A DNA stretch of 61,562 nt, from the sequence record SRR31156797_768. The stretch is one strand, 5' to 3'. The first letter of the stretch is position 1. Each line of letters begins with the position of its first letter. Under the pieces are notes generated by a model. It was given only the letters and a program-made list of their open reading frames with translations, did not search any database and was not told the DNA's origin. Below are positions 46,057-55,632 of this stretch, piece by piece. A program made the position numbers and the translations under genes.

Positions 46057-47114
46057 TGAAGACACCTTATCTTGAAATAGACCTCTCAAAATTACACAGT
46101 AACGCAAAAAAACTGATCTCCATGTTCGGAGACAGAGGCATCCAAATTACGGCTGTCACCAAAAGCTTCCTCGGGGAACCTAGAATTGCCAACTGTTTTG
46201 TTTCCGCAGGCATTTCTTCTTTCGGAGATTCACGGATCGAAAATATAATCCGCATGAAAAATGCTGGTGTTCAAGCACGGTTCCTCCTGATCAGGACACC
46301 CTCTGCCAGTGAAGCACATGATGTCGTCACCTATGCGGATGCAAGCCTTAACACTGAACTGCTTGTCATTGCGAAACTTTCCAAAGCAGCTCTCGAAAAA
46401 GGACTCGTCCATGACATCATTCTCATGGTGGAGATGGGAGACCTTCGGGAAGGGATACTTCGTCAAGATCTCAACAAAACAATTAAAAAAGTACACCAAA
46501 TGAAAGGTATTCGACTCATCGGTTTAGGGACCAATATGGCATGCCTGAATGGAGTCAAACCAACAAAAAACAACATGGATCACTTCTCCAGTCTGGCAGA
46601 CACATATGAAAAAGAATATGGCATCAACTTTCATATAATTTCTGGAGGAAATTCTGCAAACTTTGATTGGATGCTTCAAAACAACAATCTAGGTAGAGTG
46701 AACAACGTTCGACTGGGCGAATCTCTCCTTCTGGGGAGAGAATCCTTGTCGAGAAAACACATTGAAGGGCTTCACCTTGACGCGTTTTCTCTGGTTGCAG
46801 AAGTCATAGAATCCAAAATCAAGCCGTCACTCCCTGAAGGGGAAACAGGCTTGGATGCCTTTGGCAATACACCTCACGTCGAAGACAAAGGTAAAATGCT
46901 TAGAGCAATTGTAGCATTGGGAAAACAGGATGTTCATGTGGCAGGCCTTATACCATTAATGGATGTCGATATTTTGGGCTCAAGCAGTGATCACGTCATA
47001 CTCGACGCCACGAGATCCCCATTGCACGTAGGCGATCATGTCCGATTCAGTGTAGACTATACGGCATTCCTGTCATCCATGACATCTCCATTCGTTGGAA
47101 GTGTCTTTACATAA
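46053..47114 (+). CDS. fold-type III PLP-dependent amino-acid racemase (ornithine racemase/YhfX-like)
   Basis: AVTK (PLP lysine), GDSRIENI, EMGDLREG, GTNMAC, ISGGNSA, RLGESLLLG, GSSSDH. Confidence 0.88.
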   Translation: MMKTPYLEIDLSKLHSNAKKLISMFGDRGIQITAVTKSFLGEPRIANCFVSAGISSFGDSRIENIIRMKNAGVQARFLLIRTPSASEAHDVVTYADASLNTELLVIAKLSKAALEKGLVHDIILMVEMGDLREGILRQDLNKTIKKVHQMKGIRLIGLGTNMACLNGVKPTKNNMDHFSSLADTYEKEYGINFHIISGGNSANFDWMLQNNNLGRVNNVRLGESLLLGRESLSRKHIEGLHLDAFSLVAEVIESKIKPSLPEGETGLDAFGNTPHVEDKGKMLRAIVALGKQDVHVAGLIPLMDVDILGSSSDHVILDATRSPLHVGDHVRFSVDYTAFLSSMTSPFVGSVFT

Positions 47115-47402
47115 ACTCTCCCCAAAGTGGTCCTTATTACTTGAACCACACGACACATCCCCGGCACCAAGAATCGAATCCTCCGCTTTTTTTTACGTTG
47201 TATATTCTGCCGCTTAGCAGTAGAAGCTTCTCCCGGAAACTTCTGCAGCCAAAGAAGTATGAGCCTTTTTTATGAAGCATACTCTTTGATACAGAATACA
47301 ATTTGAAAACATTTCGCTCCCATCGCCGGGGGTGTGTTCTACCAATTGAATAGAAACCTCGACGATAAGGAGCAACAGCACGGGCAATCAATGGAGAAAA
47401 AA

Positions 47403-47675
47403 ATGACCTTGGATATTTATGAGGACTCCTTATACGGGCAGGTCCTCCCATCAAATTGGGATGGAGACATCATTTCAGGAGTCTTGATCCTTGTAGATGG
47501 CGAAGAAGAATTTATCGTTGAGCACGATGAAAACGCAAAAGGCTTAACAGCACACATCGAGAAATGGGTAACCGTCACCGGCACCATCATGAAAAATGAT
47601 GATGAGTTACGCATAAAAGTCATTAACTACACCCTCGAAAATGACCTCGACTATATTTCAGACGACGATTGGTAG
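47403..47675 (+). CDS. small acidic hypothetical protein (possible OB-fold)
   Basis: RBS GGAG; 90-aa ORF rich in beta-strand patterns (WVTVTGTI). Confidence 0.7.
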   Translation: MTLDIYEDSLYGQVLPSNWDGDIISGVLILVDGEEEFIVEHDENAKGLTAHIEKWVTVTGTIMKNDDELRIKVINYTLENDLDYISDDDW

Positions 47676-47745
47676 AATCCCCCCTAAAAGACTTGAGGGA
47701 TTCTACGAAGCACGCTACGAATTCCTTCGAATCCAAGGAGTCAAT

Positions 47746-48315
47746 GTGGGAAATATAGAACTTGTCACCATTGCCATCGCCCTCGCCATGGACGCCTTTG
47801 CCGTTGCCATTGCCACTGGGGTTTCGCTCAAATGCGTCAGTCCTCGGCAAACATTTCGTTTGGCATGGCACTTCGGATTATTTCAGGCACTTATGCCCAT
47901 ACTCGGCTGGTATATTGGGGGGACGGTTAGCTCCTATATTGAAGCATACGACCACTGGATCGCTTTTGGTCTGCTCGGTTACATCGGATACAAAATGATC
48001 CGCGAAGCCTTCGAAGATGAAGAAGAATGCCAAAATGACCCAACCAAAGGGGTATCACTGGTGGTGCTGTCCGTTGCAACCAGCATCGACGCACTTGCAG
48101 TCGGTCTCAGCCTCTCCATGCTGGGTATTTCCGTATGGTGGCCTTCACTGATCATAGGCATTGTCGCCACACTCTTCACCGTTGTCGGCCTGCAATTCGG
48201 GAAAACCGCTGCCAAAGCACAAAGTATTGGTAAATACGCAGAACTCCTCGGAGGCGCCGTACTGATTTGCATAGGCATCAAAATACTGTGGGAGCATGGG
48301 GCGCTTACGATATAA
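47746..48315 (+). CDS. mntP: manganese efflux pump MntP
   Basis: GTG start after AAGGAG; ALAMDAFAVA, FGLFQALMP, DHWIAF, ATSIDALAVG, ELLGGAVLI. Confidence 0.93.
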   Translation: MGNIELVTIAIALAMDAFAVAIATGVSLKCVSPRQTFRLAWHFGLFQALMPILGWYIGGTVSSYIEAYDHWIAFGLLGYIGYKMIREAFEDEEECQNDPTKGVSLVVLSVATSIDALAVGLSLSMLGISVWWPSLIIGIVATLFTVVGLQFGKTAAKAQSIGKYAELLGGAVLICIGIKILWEHGALTI

Positions 48316-48350
48316 AAACCCACTCACACAAATAATATCTGCCAACAGGC

Positions 48351-48390
48351 AAAAGCCGTTCACATGAAAATCATGTGAACGGCTTCTTTC
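48351..48390. terminator. bidirectional terminator
   Basis: AAAAGCCGTTCACATGA-AAA-TCATGTGAACGGCTTCTTT. Confidence 0.8.
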
Positions 48391-48394
48391 AAAC

Positions 48395-49282
48395 TTAAGG
48401 ATTCACATTAAAACTGACTGTAGCCGCGTACAAAACGTTAGTGCATTTACCGACTAGCGCCTTCAAAGGCCCATCCGGTGTGACTGCCTGACGGGTATAG
48501 ATATTTGCGACCCACTGGCCCGCTGTAGGGATACGGAAAGAAGCCTTCCCGTTATACACAAGCGTTGCCAAGGTAAAACCGTCTGGCCCTCCAAACGTGT
48601 TACTTGTCAGTGTCATGTATTCAAAGGCCCGTTCTGGTATCGTATTCAACGAACGTCCCAAAAGCTTCACATCGAATTCCACCATTTCTCCAGCTCGCAC
48701 TCGGCTGAGGTCGGTCAACGGAAGGATCTCCAGATCGAAGCCCAACGCACTCGGCTGAGTCCACTTGCCAACCGTAAAGAAAGACTTGGCGTAGGTCGTG
48801 AATTTCATGCCTTCAATCACTTTCTTGACATTCTTGACCTTGTCCATGGTGGTGTGCGCCCACTTGTGACGTCCTTTCAAATCAATATACGTGCTATAAA
48901 AATTATCCCGTGAGACCGCTGCGACCTGATAGGTGCCCTTTTTGGCATCATCTTTCAGAGTCATCTTGTGCACTCCCGTGTCCCCACCCACTATGCGAAG
49001 GGATTTCTGCACCTCACTTTCACCGTCCATCTTTTTTATTGATGCGGGCAAAGGAAAATCCACTCGACTCATGTCCGGATCAACTAAATAGTAGGACGCA
49101 AGGTCAAAGTGCTCAAAAACATCATCCATTGGCACGACGTGCCCCCAACCAAGTGAGGCAATAACATGGCCCGGCTTATGGACAAACGACTCGTAGACGT
49201 TCACCCAAAGAGTATGAGCAAAAGCGGCTCCAGGGAATATCAATCCCAAAGAAAAAGTAAGAACAGCAAGTATCCGTTTCAT
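48395..49282 (-). CDS. DUF4198-family periplasmic protein
   Basis: AFA|HTLWVN, LGWGH, GTYQV, YAKSF, LGFDLEILP, AGQW. Confidence 0.82.
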   Translation of the reverse strand: MKRILAVLTFSLGLIFPGAAFAHTLWVNVYESFVHKPGHVIASLGWGHVVPMDDVFEHFDLASYYLVDPDMSRVDFPLPASIKKMDGESEVQKSLRIVGGDTGVHKMTLKDDAKKGTYQVAAVSRDNFYSTYIDLKGRHKWAHTTMDKVKNVKKVIEGMKFTTYAKSFFTVGKWTQPSALGFDLEILPLTDLSRVRAGEMVEFDVKLLGRSLNTIPERAFEYMTLTSNTFGGPDGFTLATLVYNGKASFRIPTAGQWVANIYTRQAVTPDGPLKALVGKCTNVLYAATVSFNVNP

Positions 49283-49305
49283 TTTTTGACTCCGTATATG
49301 TTCGA

Positions 49306-51399
49306 TTAAAAGTGATATGTCAGATTAACGCCTACAGACCGGGGTGCTCCATCGCTCGCAATTTCATTGCCACCAATATATACCCCCTTGTCCAAATAAT
49401 ACTCACGGTTCAAAAGGTTTTTGCACCACACCGAAACATCCCATGATTCCATGCGACGCCCTGCGCGCACGTTGACGACTTCGTAAGGACTCACCCACGT
49501 AGTGTTCTTTGCATCCGTGTAGAATCCTCCGACACCAAGCAGGTCCAGCCTGCCGAAGTAGCCGGTATCATGGACATATTCGGCACCTATATTATACGTA
49601 TACTCTGGTGCGTGGGGGAGTTTTTTGTCTTTGTAGTCAAAGGTACCACCGCCCATCTCATCAGACACCCATTGGTCAATCCGCGCATCGGCGTATCCAT
49701 AATTCCCGAAAAGGAACCATCCATGCGCCGGGCGATATTCCATTTCCATCTCAAAACCACGTGAAGAAGCTTCGGCGGCATTGGTCACACTACGAACAGC
49801 AGGACCGCTCAAAAATTCTTCAACCTGCTTGTCTTTTATATCGATATAATAACCGGCAGCATTGAACGTAAGCTTGTTGCCAAACCAATCGGACTTCATG
49901 CCAAGCTCATAGTTCCATGTAGTTTCCGGCCCAAACGTCAGCGTGTCCGAATCCGTTGCAAACGCGTAATTATACCCTCCGGCGAGTAATCCCTTGGAAA
50001 AGGAGGCATACGTCATGAAATGATCATTCACATCATATGAAAGGGATACCTTCGGCAAAACGTCATCATGTACAATGCTCTTGTCGTAGGACTGCCCCGC
50101 ACTCGTCAGGTCCTGCTCTCCATCAGACTGTTGATGATCAAACCGCAATCCGACAGACAACTTCAAGGCATCAAAAAAGGTGTACGCCATCTGTCCGAAA
50201 ACAGCATAGTTGATGTTTTCAAACGAGGTATCCCGCGACTGCCCAAAAAAGGCCGCTTTAGCATCATTGTCATCGTATGAGACGAAAACACCACCCAGCC
50301 ATTCAAAGGGATTCTCACTTTCAATGGAATTAAAACGAACTTCCTGACTGTATGATTCATTGGTAAATTTGAATTTTTGATCCGGGAAAACAAGTGGGCC
50401 GAACTCACCATCATTTTTAAATCTGGTGTTATAATTGTTACGTGTAGTTATGGAAGTAACATCCGCCCAGTTGGCCTTATATTTCACATGAAGGGATTGG
50501 CCGTTGCTCTCATCAACCCAACTATTCGCCCCATCCCAATTGATGGTGTACTTATCGGAAGCGAGCGGACCATCGACATAATGTGTATAACCATACCCAT
50601 TATCCTTATGAGAAGCATTGACCAGCAGAGAGATGTCCCAAGGATCACTTGGCGTCCAACGAAGCTTGATTTGCCCATTTTGAGACTCTTCTTTCGCCGC
50701 ACGCTTGTCGCCATCATAAATGTTCTCCATGTAGCCGGGTGTCCCCTTGGTCAAAAAAGAACCGCCCATATAGAGGATATCCTCAACCAAAGGACCACTG
50801 AGCGACGCTCCTGCGGTATACAACCAGCTATCTCTTTCAGAAGAATTGTAAAATCCGGGTTCAATAAAGACCTTTCCCCGCACCGTATTGTCAGGCTGAC
50901 GAGTGATAATCCTGATTGCCCCGGCCTCGGTGTTATGCCCATACAAAGTTCCCTGAGGACCTCTCAGTACTTCTATACGTTCAATATCAAGCAGTTCCGG
51001 GTTCTGCATGAATGTCAAAGGATAACAAATGTCATCGACAAACAGCCCCGCGGGGGTATTCAAAACAACATTATGGGATGACAGTCCACGCATAATAATC
51101 ATTTGCTGATTCGTGCTCTGCTTCGCATAGACATTGGGAGAAAAGAGTGTCAGTTCACTCAAATCCCTGATCCCCGCATCATCAATATCCATGCCACTGA
51201 ACACATCCATGCTGATCGGAACATCCTGTACATTTTCCTCCCGCTTTTGCGCGGTGACCACAGTCGCACCGAGAGTAACCGGTTGGGAATCCTTCTTCTC
51301 AACCTCATCCTTGTCCTGCGCAAGCGCCGGACTCACCAAAGCCATGGCGAACAGCATAAAAAATGCTGCCAACAGACCTTTTCGAAAAATGAAAATCAT
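49306..51399 (-). CDS. TonB-dependent receptor (paralogue of 6631..8712)
   Basis: VVTAQKREENVQDVPIS, IERIEVLRGPQGTLYG, C-terminal TYHF; ATG 51399 after GAGGAG. Confidence 0.95.
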   Translation of the reverse strand: MIFIFRKGLLAAFFMLFAMALVSPALAQDKDEVEKKDSQPVTLGATVVTAQKREENVQDVPISMDVFSGMDIDDAGIRDLSELTLFSPNVYAKQSTNQQMIIMRGLSSHNVVLNTPAGLFVDDICYPLTFMQNPELLDIERIEVLRGPQGTLYGHNTEAGAIRIITRQPDNTVRGKVFIEPGFYNSSERDSWLYTAGASLSGPLVEDILYMGGSFLTKGTPGYMENIYDGDKRAAKEESQNGQIKLRWTPSDPWDISLLVNASHKDNGYGYTHYVDGPLASDKYTINWDGANSWVDESNGQSLHVKYKANWADVTSITTRNNYNTRFKNDGEFGPLVFPDQKFKFTNESYSQEVRFNSIESENPFEWLGGVFVSYDDNDAKAAFFGQSRDTSFENINYAVFGQMAYTFFDALKLSVGLRFDHQQSDGEQDLTSAGQSYDKSIVHDDVLPKVSLSYDVNDHFMTYASFSKGLLAGGYNYAFATDSDTLTFGPETTWNYELGMKSDWFGNKLTFNAAGYYIDIKDKQVEEFLSGPAVRSVTNAAEASSRGFEMEMEYRPAHGWFLFGNYGYADARIDQWVSDEMGGGTFDYKDKKLPHAPEYTYNIGAEYVHDTGYFGRLDLLGVGGFYTDAKNTTWVSPYEVVNVRAGRRMESWDVSVWCKNLLNREYYLDKGVYIGGNEIASDGAPRSVGVNLTYHF

Positions 51400-51585
51400 A
51401 TACAACACTCCTCATCATCTCTTGCCGCCAATGAGTCGTCGTCAACGACTTCATCAGAAGATATAAATAGACCGAAACCTCACTTCAAACTGAGGCACGA
51501 TATACCTGCCACCTTCAATATGCCTTTCCCATATGATTTATGATTTGTCGGAAATGAAAGGAATGGCGAGGCTTAAACAAGGCAC

Positions 51586-51602
51586 TTGAAATTGATTTTC
51601 AT
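51586..51602. promoter_or_regulatory. Fur box between divergent TBDR and AraC genes
   Basis: TTGAAATTGATTTTCAT, 16/17 to WTGAAAATNATTTTCAW. Confidence 0.82.
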
Positions 51603-51692
51603 TTTTAATAAGGTGATTGACGACAGTATCTCATAGCCCTCTTTTTTGTATGTGAGACCGGACAATCAACAGCGCAACGCGAGGAACAGTTC

Positions 51693-52706
51693 ATGGAATT
51701 CACTCTCTCAAACCCGATAACACAGAGTACCCCATGCAAACTCAAGGCAACCGACTCCTTTGGACAGCCATTCGCTCGGTCATACAAAATTCCAAAATCA
51801 TTCGGACATGGGTCGCTGCAACAAATCCACATTCAAAAGGGTATTGATCTGTTCATCACAAAATACAGCGTGCAAACACCAATACTCTCGCATGTTTGTA
51901 TGGGAAAACCGGCATTCGAAATTGGCTTCTGCCTTTCGGGAATGGGGGATGTGGATATTCCTGGAATAACCGTTGAGACAGGAAGTTGCACAATGATGTA
52001 CAGACAAAGAAAACAGGTCACCGTGATTGACAAAGCCCAAAGCTACAGACTCTCTCTGGCCATTGTCGTTTCCCCAGAGACCTTCCACGACATAACCCGC
52101 CACGAACAAATGAAAATGCCGCTTCATCTCCAACTTGCAGCCAATGGATTGATCGACAACGAATTCATCGACACAAGATCCATAGACGCTGCATCCATGA
52201 ATATTCTCAACCAGATTCTGACCCCGGAAAAAGGGCTTGAAGACAGCCATATTTATTATAAAAGCAAGGCATATGAACTCCTTGCCGTATGCATGAACCG
52301 TTTTGGAAACAAAACCCCAGATCAATCAAATCCAACAGATTGCTTAAACCCGGAACGAGTATACCAGGCTGCGGAAATATTGGCTCACTCAATGGAAAGT
52401 CCACCATCCCTCTCAACATTGGCCCGGATGCTCAACACATCTCACGTCACCTTGAATCAGGAATTCCGCCACGCTTTTGGAACAACGGTGTTTGGATATC
52501 TTCGCCGAATACGTTTGGAAAAGGCGCGTTCTCTTTTGGAAGACGGTAAAACAAATGTCACGGAAGCCTCTCTGGCTGTCGGTTACAACAGCATCTCAAC
52601 CTTTTCGCGGGCATTTTTGGATCAACACGGCATAACGCCAAGTTCATGCAGGAAACGGACTCCTTGTTCTCTTATCCCCAAAGAGCGTCTTTCTAGCTCA
52701 ATCTGA
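51693..52706 (+). CDS. AraC-family (PchR-like) regulator
   Basis: YYKSKAYELLA, PPSLSTLA..FRHAFGTTVFGYLR..NVTEASLAVGYNSISTFSRAF. Confidence 0.92.
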   Translation: MEFTLSNPITQSTPCKLKATDSFGQPFARSYKIPKSFGHGSLQQIHIQKGIDLFITKYSVQTPILSHVCMGKPAFEIGFCLSGMGDVDIPGITVETGSCTMMYRQRKQVTVIDKAQSYRLSLAIVVSPETFHDITRHEQMKMPLHLQLAANGLIDNEFIDTRSIDAASMNILNQILTPEKGLEDSHIYYKSKAYELLAVCMNRFGNKTPDQSNPTDCLNPERVYQAAEILAHSMESPPSLSTLARMLNTSHVTLNQEFRHAFGTTVFGYLRRIRLEKARSLLEDGKTNVTEASLAVGYNSISTFSRAFLDQHGITPSSCRKRTPCSLIPKERLSSSI

Positions 52707-52848
52707 AAAACTCACCCAATACTACGACGCAAAGTATAACGGTTGGACAAAATGCCAGCCGTTTTTCTCATTGCCACATCCGCAGGAATCTTGTTATCCC
52801 CACATGTCTTGAGGTACTCATTTTTTGAACTAACACGAGGATTCTAGG

Positions 52849-53640
52849 ATGAAACGCTTACTCACTGCTCTTATGGTTATGGCTCTGTGTCTGTGCGCCG
52901 CCTCTGCCTTCGCCGCTGACGGTTCCTGGGAACGCGTCAAGAGTGCTGGCCAGTTGGTTATCGGTCTGGACGACGCCTTCCCGCCCATGGGTTTCCGCGA
53001 TGACAACGGCAAACTCGTCGGTTTTGACGTAGACACCGCTGAAGAAGTCGGTAAACGCCTGGGCATCAAGATCATGTGGCAGCCCACCGAATGGAAGGGT
53101 GTCATCAACTCCCTGTATGCCAAAAAATTCGACTGTATCTGGAACGGCATGACCATCACTCCCGAACGCCAGAAAAAAGTCGCCTTCTCCAAGCCGTACC
53201 TGATCGATGGTCAGATCGCCACTGTGCGCATGGATGAAAAGGAAATCAAAACTTTCGAAGCTCTGGGCGACAAAAAAATCGGCGTTCAGGCCGGTTCCCC
53301 CGCTCTCGAAGCTGCCAAGAAGCTGCCCAACGCTGCTGGTGAGATTCGCGAATATGACACCAACCCCAAAGCATTCCTTGACCTCGAAGCCGATCGTCTG
53401 GATTCCGTTGTCGTCGACAACGTGACCGGCCGTTACTACATGGCTTCTCGTCCCGGCGAGTTCCGTGCTCTGCCCGGTTACATCACAAAGGAAGCTTTCG
53501 GCGTTGCCTACCGCATGGAAGACGCTGCTCTGCGCGGCATGGTCCAGAAGGCTATCGACGAGATGATCGCCGACGGCACCATGGGCAAGATCTCCCGCAA
53601 ATGGTTCGGTGAAGACGTCACCAACCCCGCCAAGTGGTAG
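52849..53640 (+). CDS. polar amino-acid ABC transporter substrate-binding protein
   Basis: GLDDAFPPMGF, GFDVD, FDCIWNGMTITPER, FSKPY. Confidence 0.95.
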   Translation: MKRLLTALMVMALCLCAASAFAADGSWERVKSAGQLVIGLDDAFPPMGFRDDNGKLVGFDVDTAEEVGKRLGIKIMWQPTEWKGVINSLYAKKFDCIWNGMTITPERQKKVAFSKPYLIDGQIATVRMDEKEIKTFEALGDKKIGVQAGSPALEAAKKLPNAAGEIREYDTNPKAFLDLEADRLDSVVVDNVTGRYYMASRPGEFRALPGYITKEAFGVAYRMEDAALRGMVQKAIDEMIADGTMGKISRKWFGEDVTNPAKW

Positions 53641-53649
53641 TCGACTGTC

Positions 53650-54687
53650 GTGAAAACAACGATTGACTCAATATTGAGGAGCGCCGTTATTGCGGCGCTC
53701 CTCGTCATTTCCCTGTTCGCCCTCGGTGCACAGGCCGCTTCTACCGCGACTGAAAATGCCGATGCGCTCATGCGTAAGGCCAACGATGTCATGGTCACAG
53801 GTGACCTCGAAGCCGCCATTGCCATTTATCTGCAAATCCCGGCCCCCGGCCCGGACGGTGATGAAGGGCAATTCGCCTCCAGTCGCATGCAGGCAGCCCG
53901 TCTCAAATTTGCAGTCAAGGATTACCCTGCCGCCATCGCTGTCGTAGAAGAACTTTTAGCAGTGTACCCGGAAAACATCGAAGCACTTCAGTTCCGCGAC
54001 TCCGTGAAGGAAGCCATGCTGCCCCAGTGGAAACGGTTGATGAACGACACCATCAAGTTCGTCCCGCACCTCCTGAAAGGCAGCCTCATGACCCTGTTGC
54101 TCGTGGTCTTTACCATGATCATCTCACCTATCGGCGGACTGCTCATCGCGCTTGGCCGCATCGGTGATTTCAAGGCCATAAACCGGCTATGCTGGTTCAT
54201 TATCTGGCTCTTCCGAGGCACCCCACTTCTGCTCCAACTTTTCTTCATCTACTATGGCCTGCCCGCCATCGGTATTACGTTAAAACCCATTCCGGCGGCA
54301 CTGATCGGGCTTGGTCTGAACTATTCGGCCTACCTCGCGGAAATTATCCGTAGCGGCATCCAATCCATCGACCATGGACAGATGGAAGCCGCTGAAGCCA
54401 TGGGCATGTCCAACTGGCAGGCGATGCGCCGGATCATCATCCCGCAAACATACCGCGTCATTCTGCCGCCTGTAGGCAATGAGTTCATCGCACTCATCAA
54501 GGATACAGCACTTGTCTCCACCATTGCCATGGTCGAGTTGATGCGTACGGCAGACCAATTGTTCAACGCCTCGTTCAACATTACCGTGCTTGGTCTGGCC
54601 GCTGTTATCTACCTTCTTTTCACCACCGTCTTCACCTTCACCTTCGAACGACTTGAAGAGCGCGTGGGCGCATACGAGAAACGCTGA
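53650..54687 (+). CDS. polar amino-acid ABC permease with N-terminal signal/TM and TPR-like domain
   Basis: C-terminal FRGTPLLLQLF, SAYLAEIIRSG, GQMEAA, NEFIALIKDTAL; N-terminal helical repeats (GDLEAAIAIY, KDYPAAIAVVEELLAVYPEN). Confidence 0.9.
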   Translation: MKTTIDSILRSAVIAALLVISLFALGAQAASTATENADALMRKANDVMVTGDLEAAIAIYLQIPAPGPDGDEGQFASSRMQAARLKFAVKDYPAAIAVVEELLAVYPENIEALQFRDSVKEAMLPQWKRLMNDTIKFVPHLLKGSLMTLLLVVFTMIISPIGGLLIALGRIGDFKAINRLCWFIIWLFRGTPLLLQLFFIYYGLPAIGITLKPIPAALIGLGLNYSAYLAEIIRSGIQSIDHGQMEAAEAMGMSNWQAMRRIIIPQTYRVILPPVGNEFIALIKDTALVSTIAMVELMRTADQLFNASFNITVLGLAAVIYLLFTTVFTFTFERLEERVGAYEKR

Positions 54688-55451
54688 TGCAACCGCTTTT
54701 GGAACTTAAGAATATCGTCAAGACCTTCGGCACTCACCGAGCCGTGGACAACATCGACCTTACAATGCAGGCTGGAGAAAAGACCGTTATCATCGGTCCT
54801 TCCGGTTCAGGGAAATCCACCCTGCTGCGCGCCATCAACATTCTGGAAACCATCGATTCTGGCTCCATTCTGTTTGAAGGAAACGACGTGGGATATCGTC
54901 AGGTCAAAGGCAAGCAGGTGCTCGACAAGCCCAAGAACATCTGCAAACTGCGCACCCAGATCGGTATGGTCTTCCAGCACTTCAACCTGTTCCCGCATAT
55001 GACCGTGGTTGAAAACGCCATGGAAGGTCAGGTAACCGTCCTCGGCATCCCCAAGACAGAAGCCCGGGCCGTGGCCATGAGCATGTTGGAGAAAGTCGGC
55101 ATGAGTAGTTTTGCAGACCGTTACCCGGCCTCGCTTTCCGGTGGACAGAAACAACGCGCCGCCATTGCTCGCGCTCTGTCAATGAAGCCGAAACTGATGC
55201 TCTTCGACGAACCGACGTCAGCACTGGACCCGGAACTGGTTGGGGAAGTGTTTGCCGCCATCAAACAGTTGGCCGACGAAGGTATGACCATGATCATCGT
55301 CACTCACAACATGGGCTTTGCCCGTGAGGTTGCGGATCAAGTCGTGTTCATGGAAAATGGTTCATTTCTAGCCAAAGGCGCACCGGATGATTTCTTCGCC
55401 AAGCAATGTAAAGATCCACGCATCCAAAGCTTTATTGATCGAATTTTCTAA
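54687..55451 (+). CDS. polar amino-acid ABC transporter ATP-binding protein (GlnQ-like)
   Basis: GPSGSGKST, FQHFNLFPH, LSGGQKQR, FDEPTSALDPE. Confidence 0.96.
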   Translation: MQPLLELKNIVKTFGTHRAVDNIDLTMQAGEKTVIIGPSGSGKSTLLRAINILETIDSGSILFEGNDVGYRQVKGKQVLDKPKNICKLRTQIGMVFQHFNLFPHMTVVENAMEGQVTVLGIPKTEARAVAMSMLEKVGMSSFADRYPASLSGGQKQRAAIARALSMKPKLMLFDEPTSALDPELVGEVFAAIKQLADEGMTMIIVTHNMGFAREVADQVVFMENGSFLAKGAPDDFFAKQCKDPRIQSFIDRIF

Positions 55452-55483
55452 AATCCCACATTGATAACAATGGCGAATTTAAC

Positions 55484-55517
55484 GGCTCGAAAGGACATCC
55501 TTTCGGGCCATTTCTTT
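55484..55517 (+). terminator. intrinsic terminator
   Basis: GGCTCGAAAGG...CCTTTCGGGCC followed by ATTTCTTT. Confidence 0.65.
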
Positions 55518-55632
55518 ATTCAATTCGCAAACCCACTCACCAATTTACTGTCGACTTCACGATATCATTTGCGCTAGCCTTATTTTATATGAATCACCGG
55601 GCGCATTGCTCCCGTCACTTTCAGGGAAAATA

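Noticed and set aside
47676-47745. Possible yybP-ykoY manganese riboswitch upstream of mntP
   Set aside because: Only 70 bp with one AGAATCCC/GGGATTCT hairpin; the GGGGAGTAG-type conserved core is not present.
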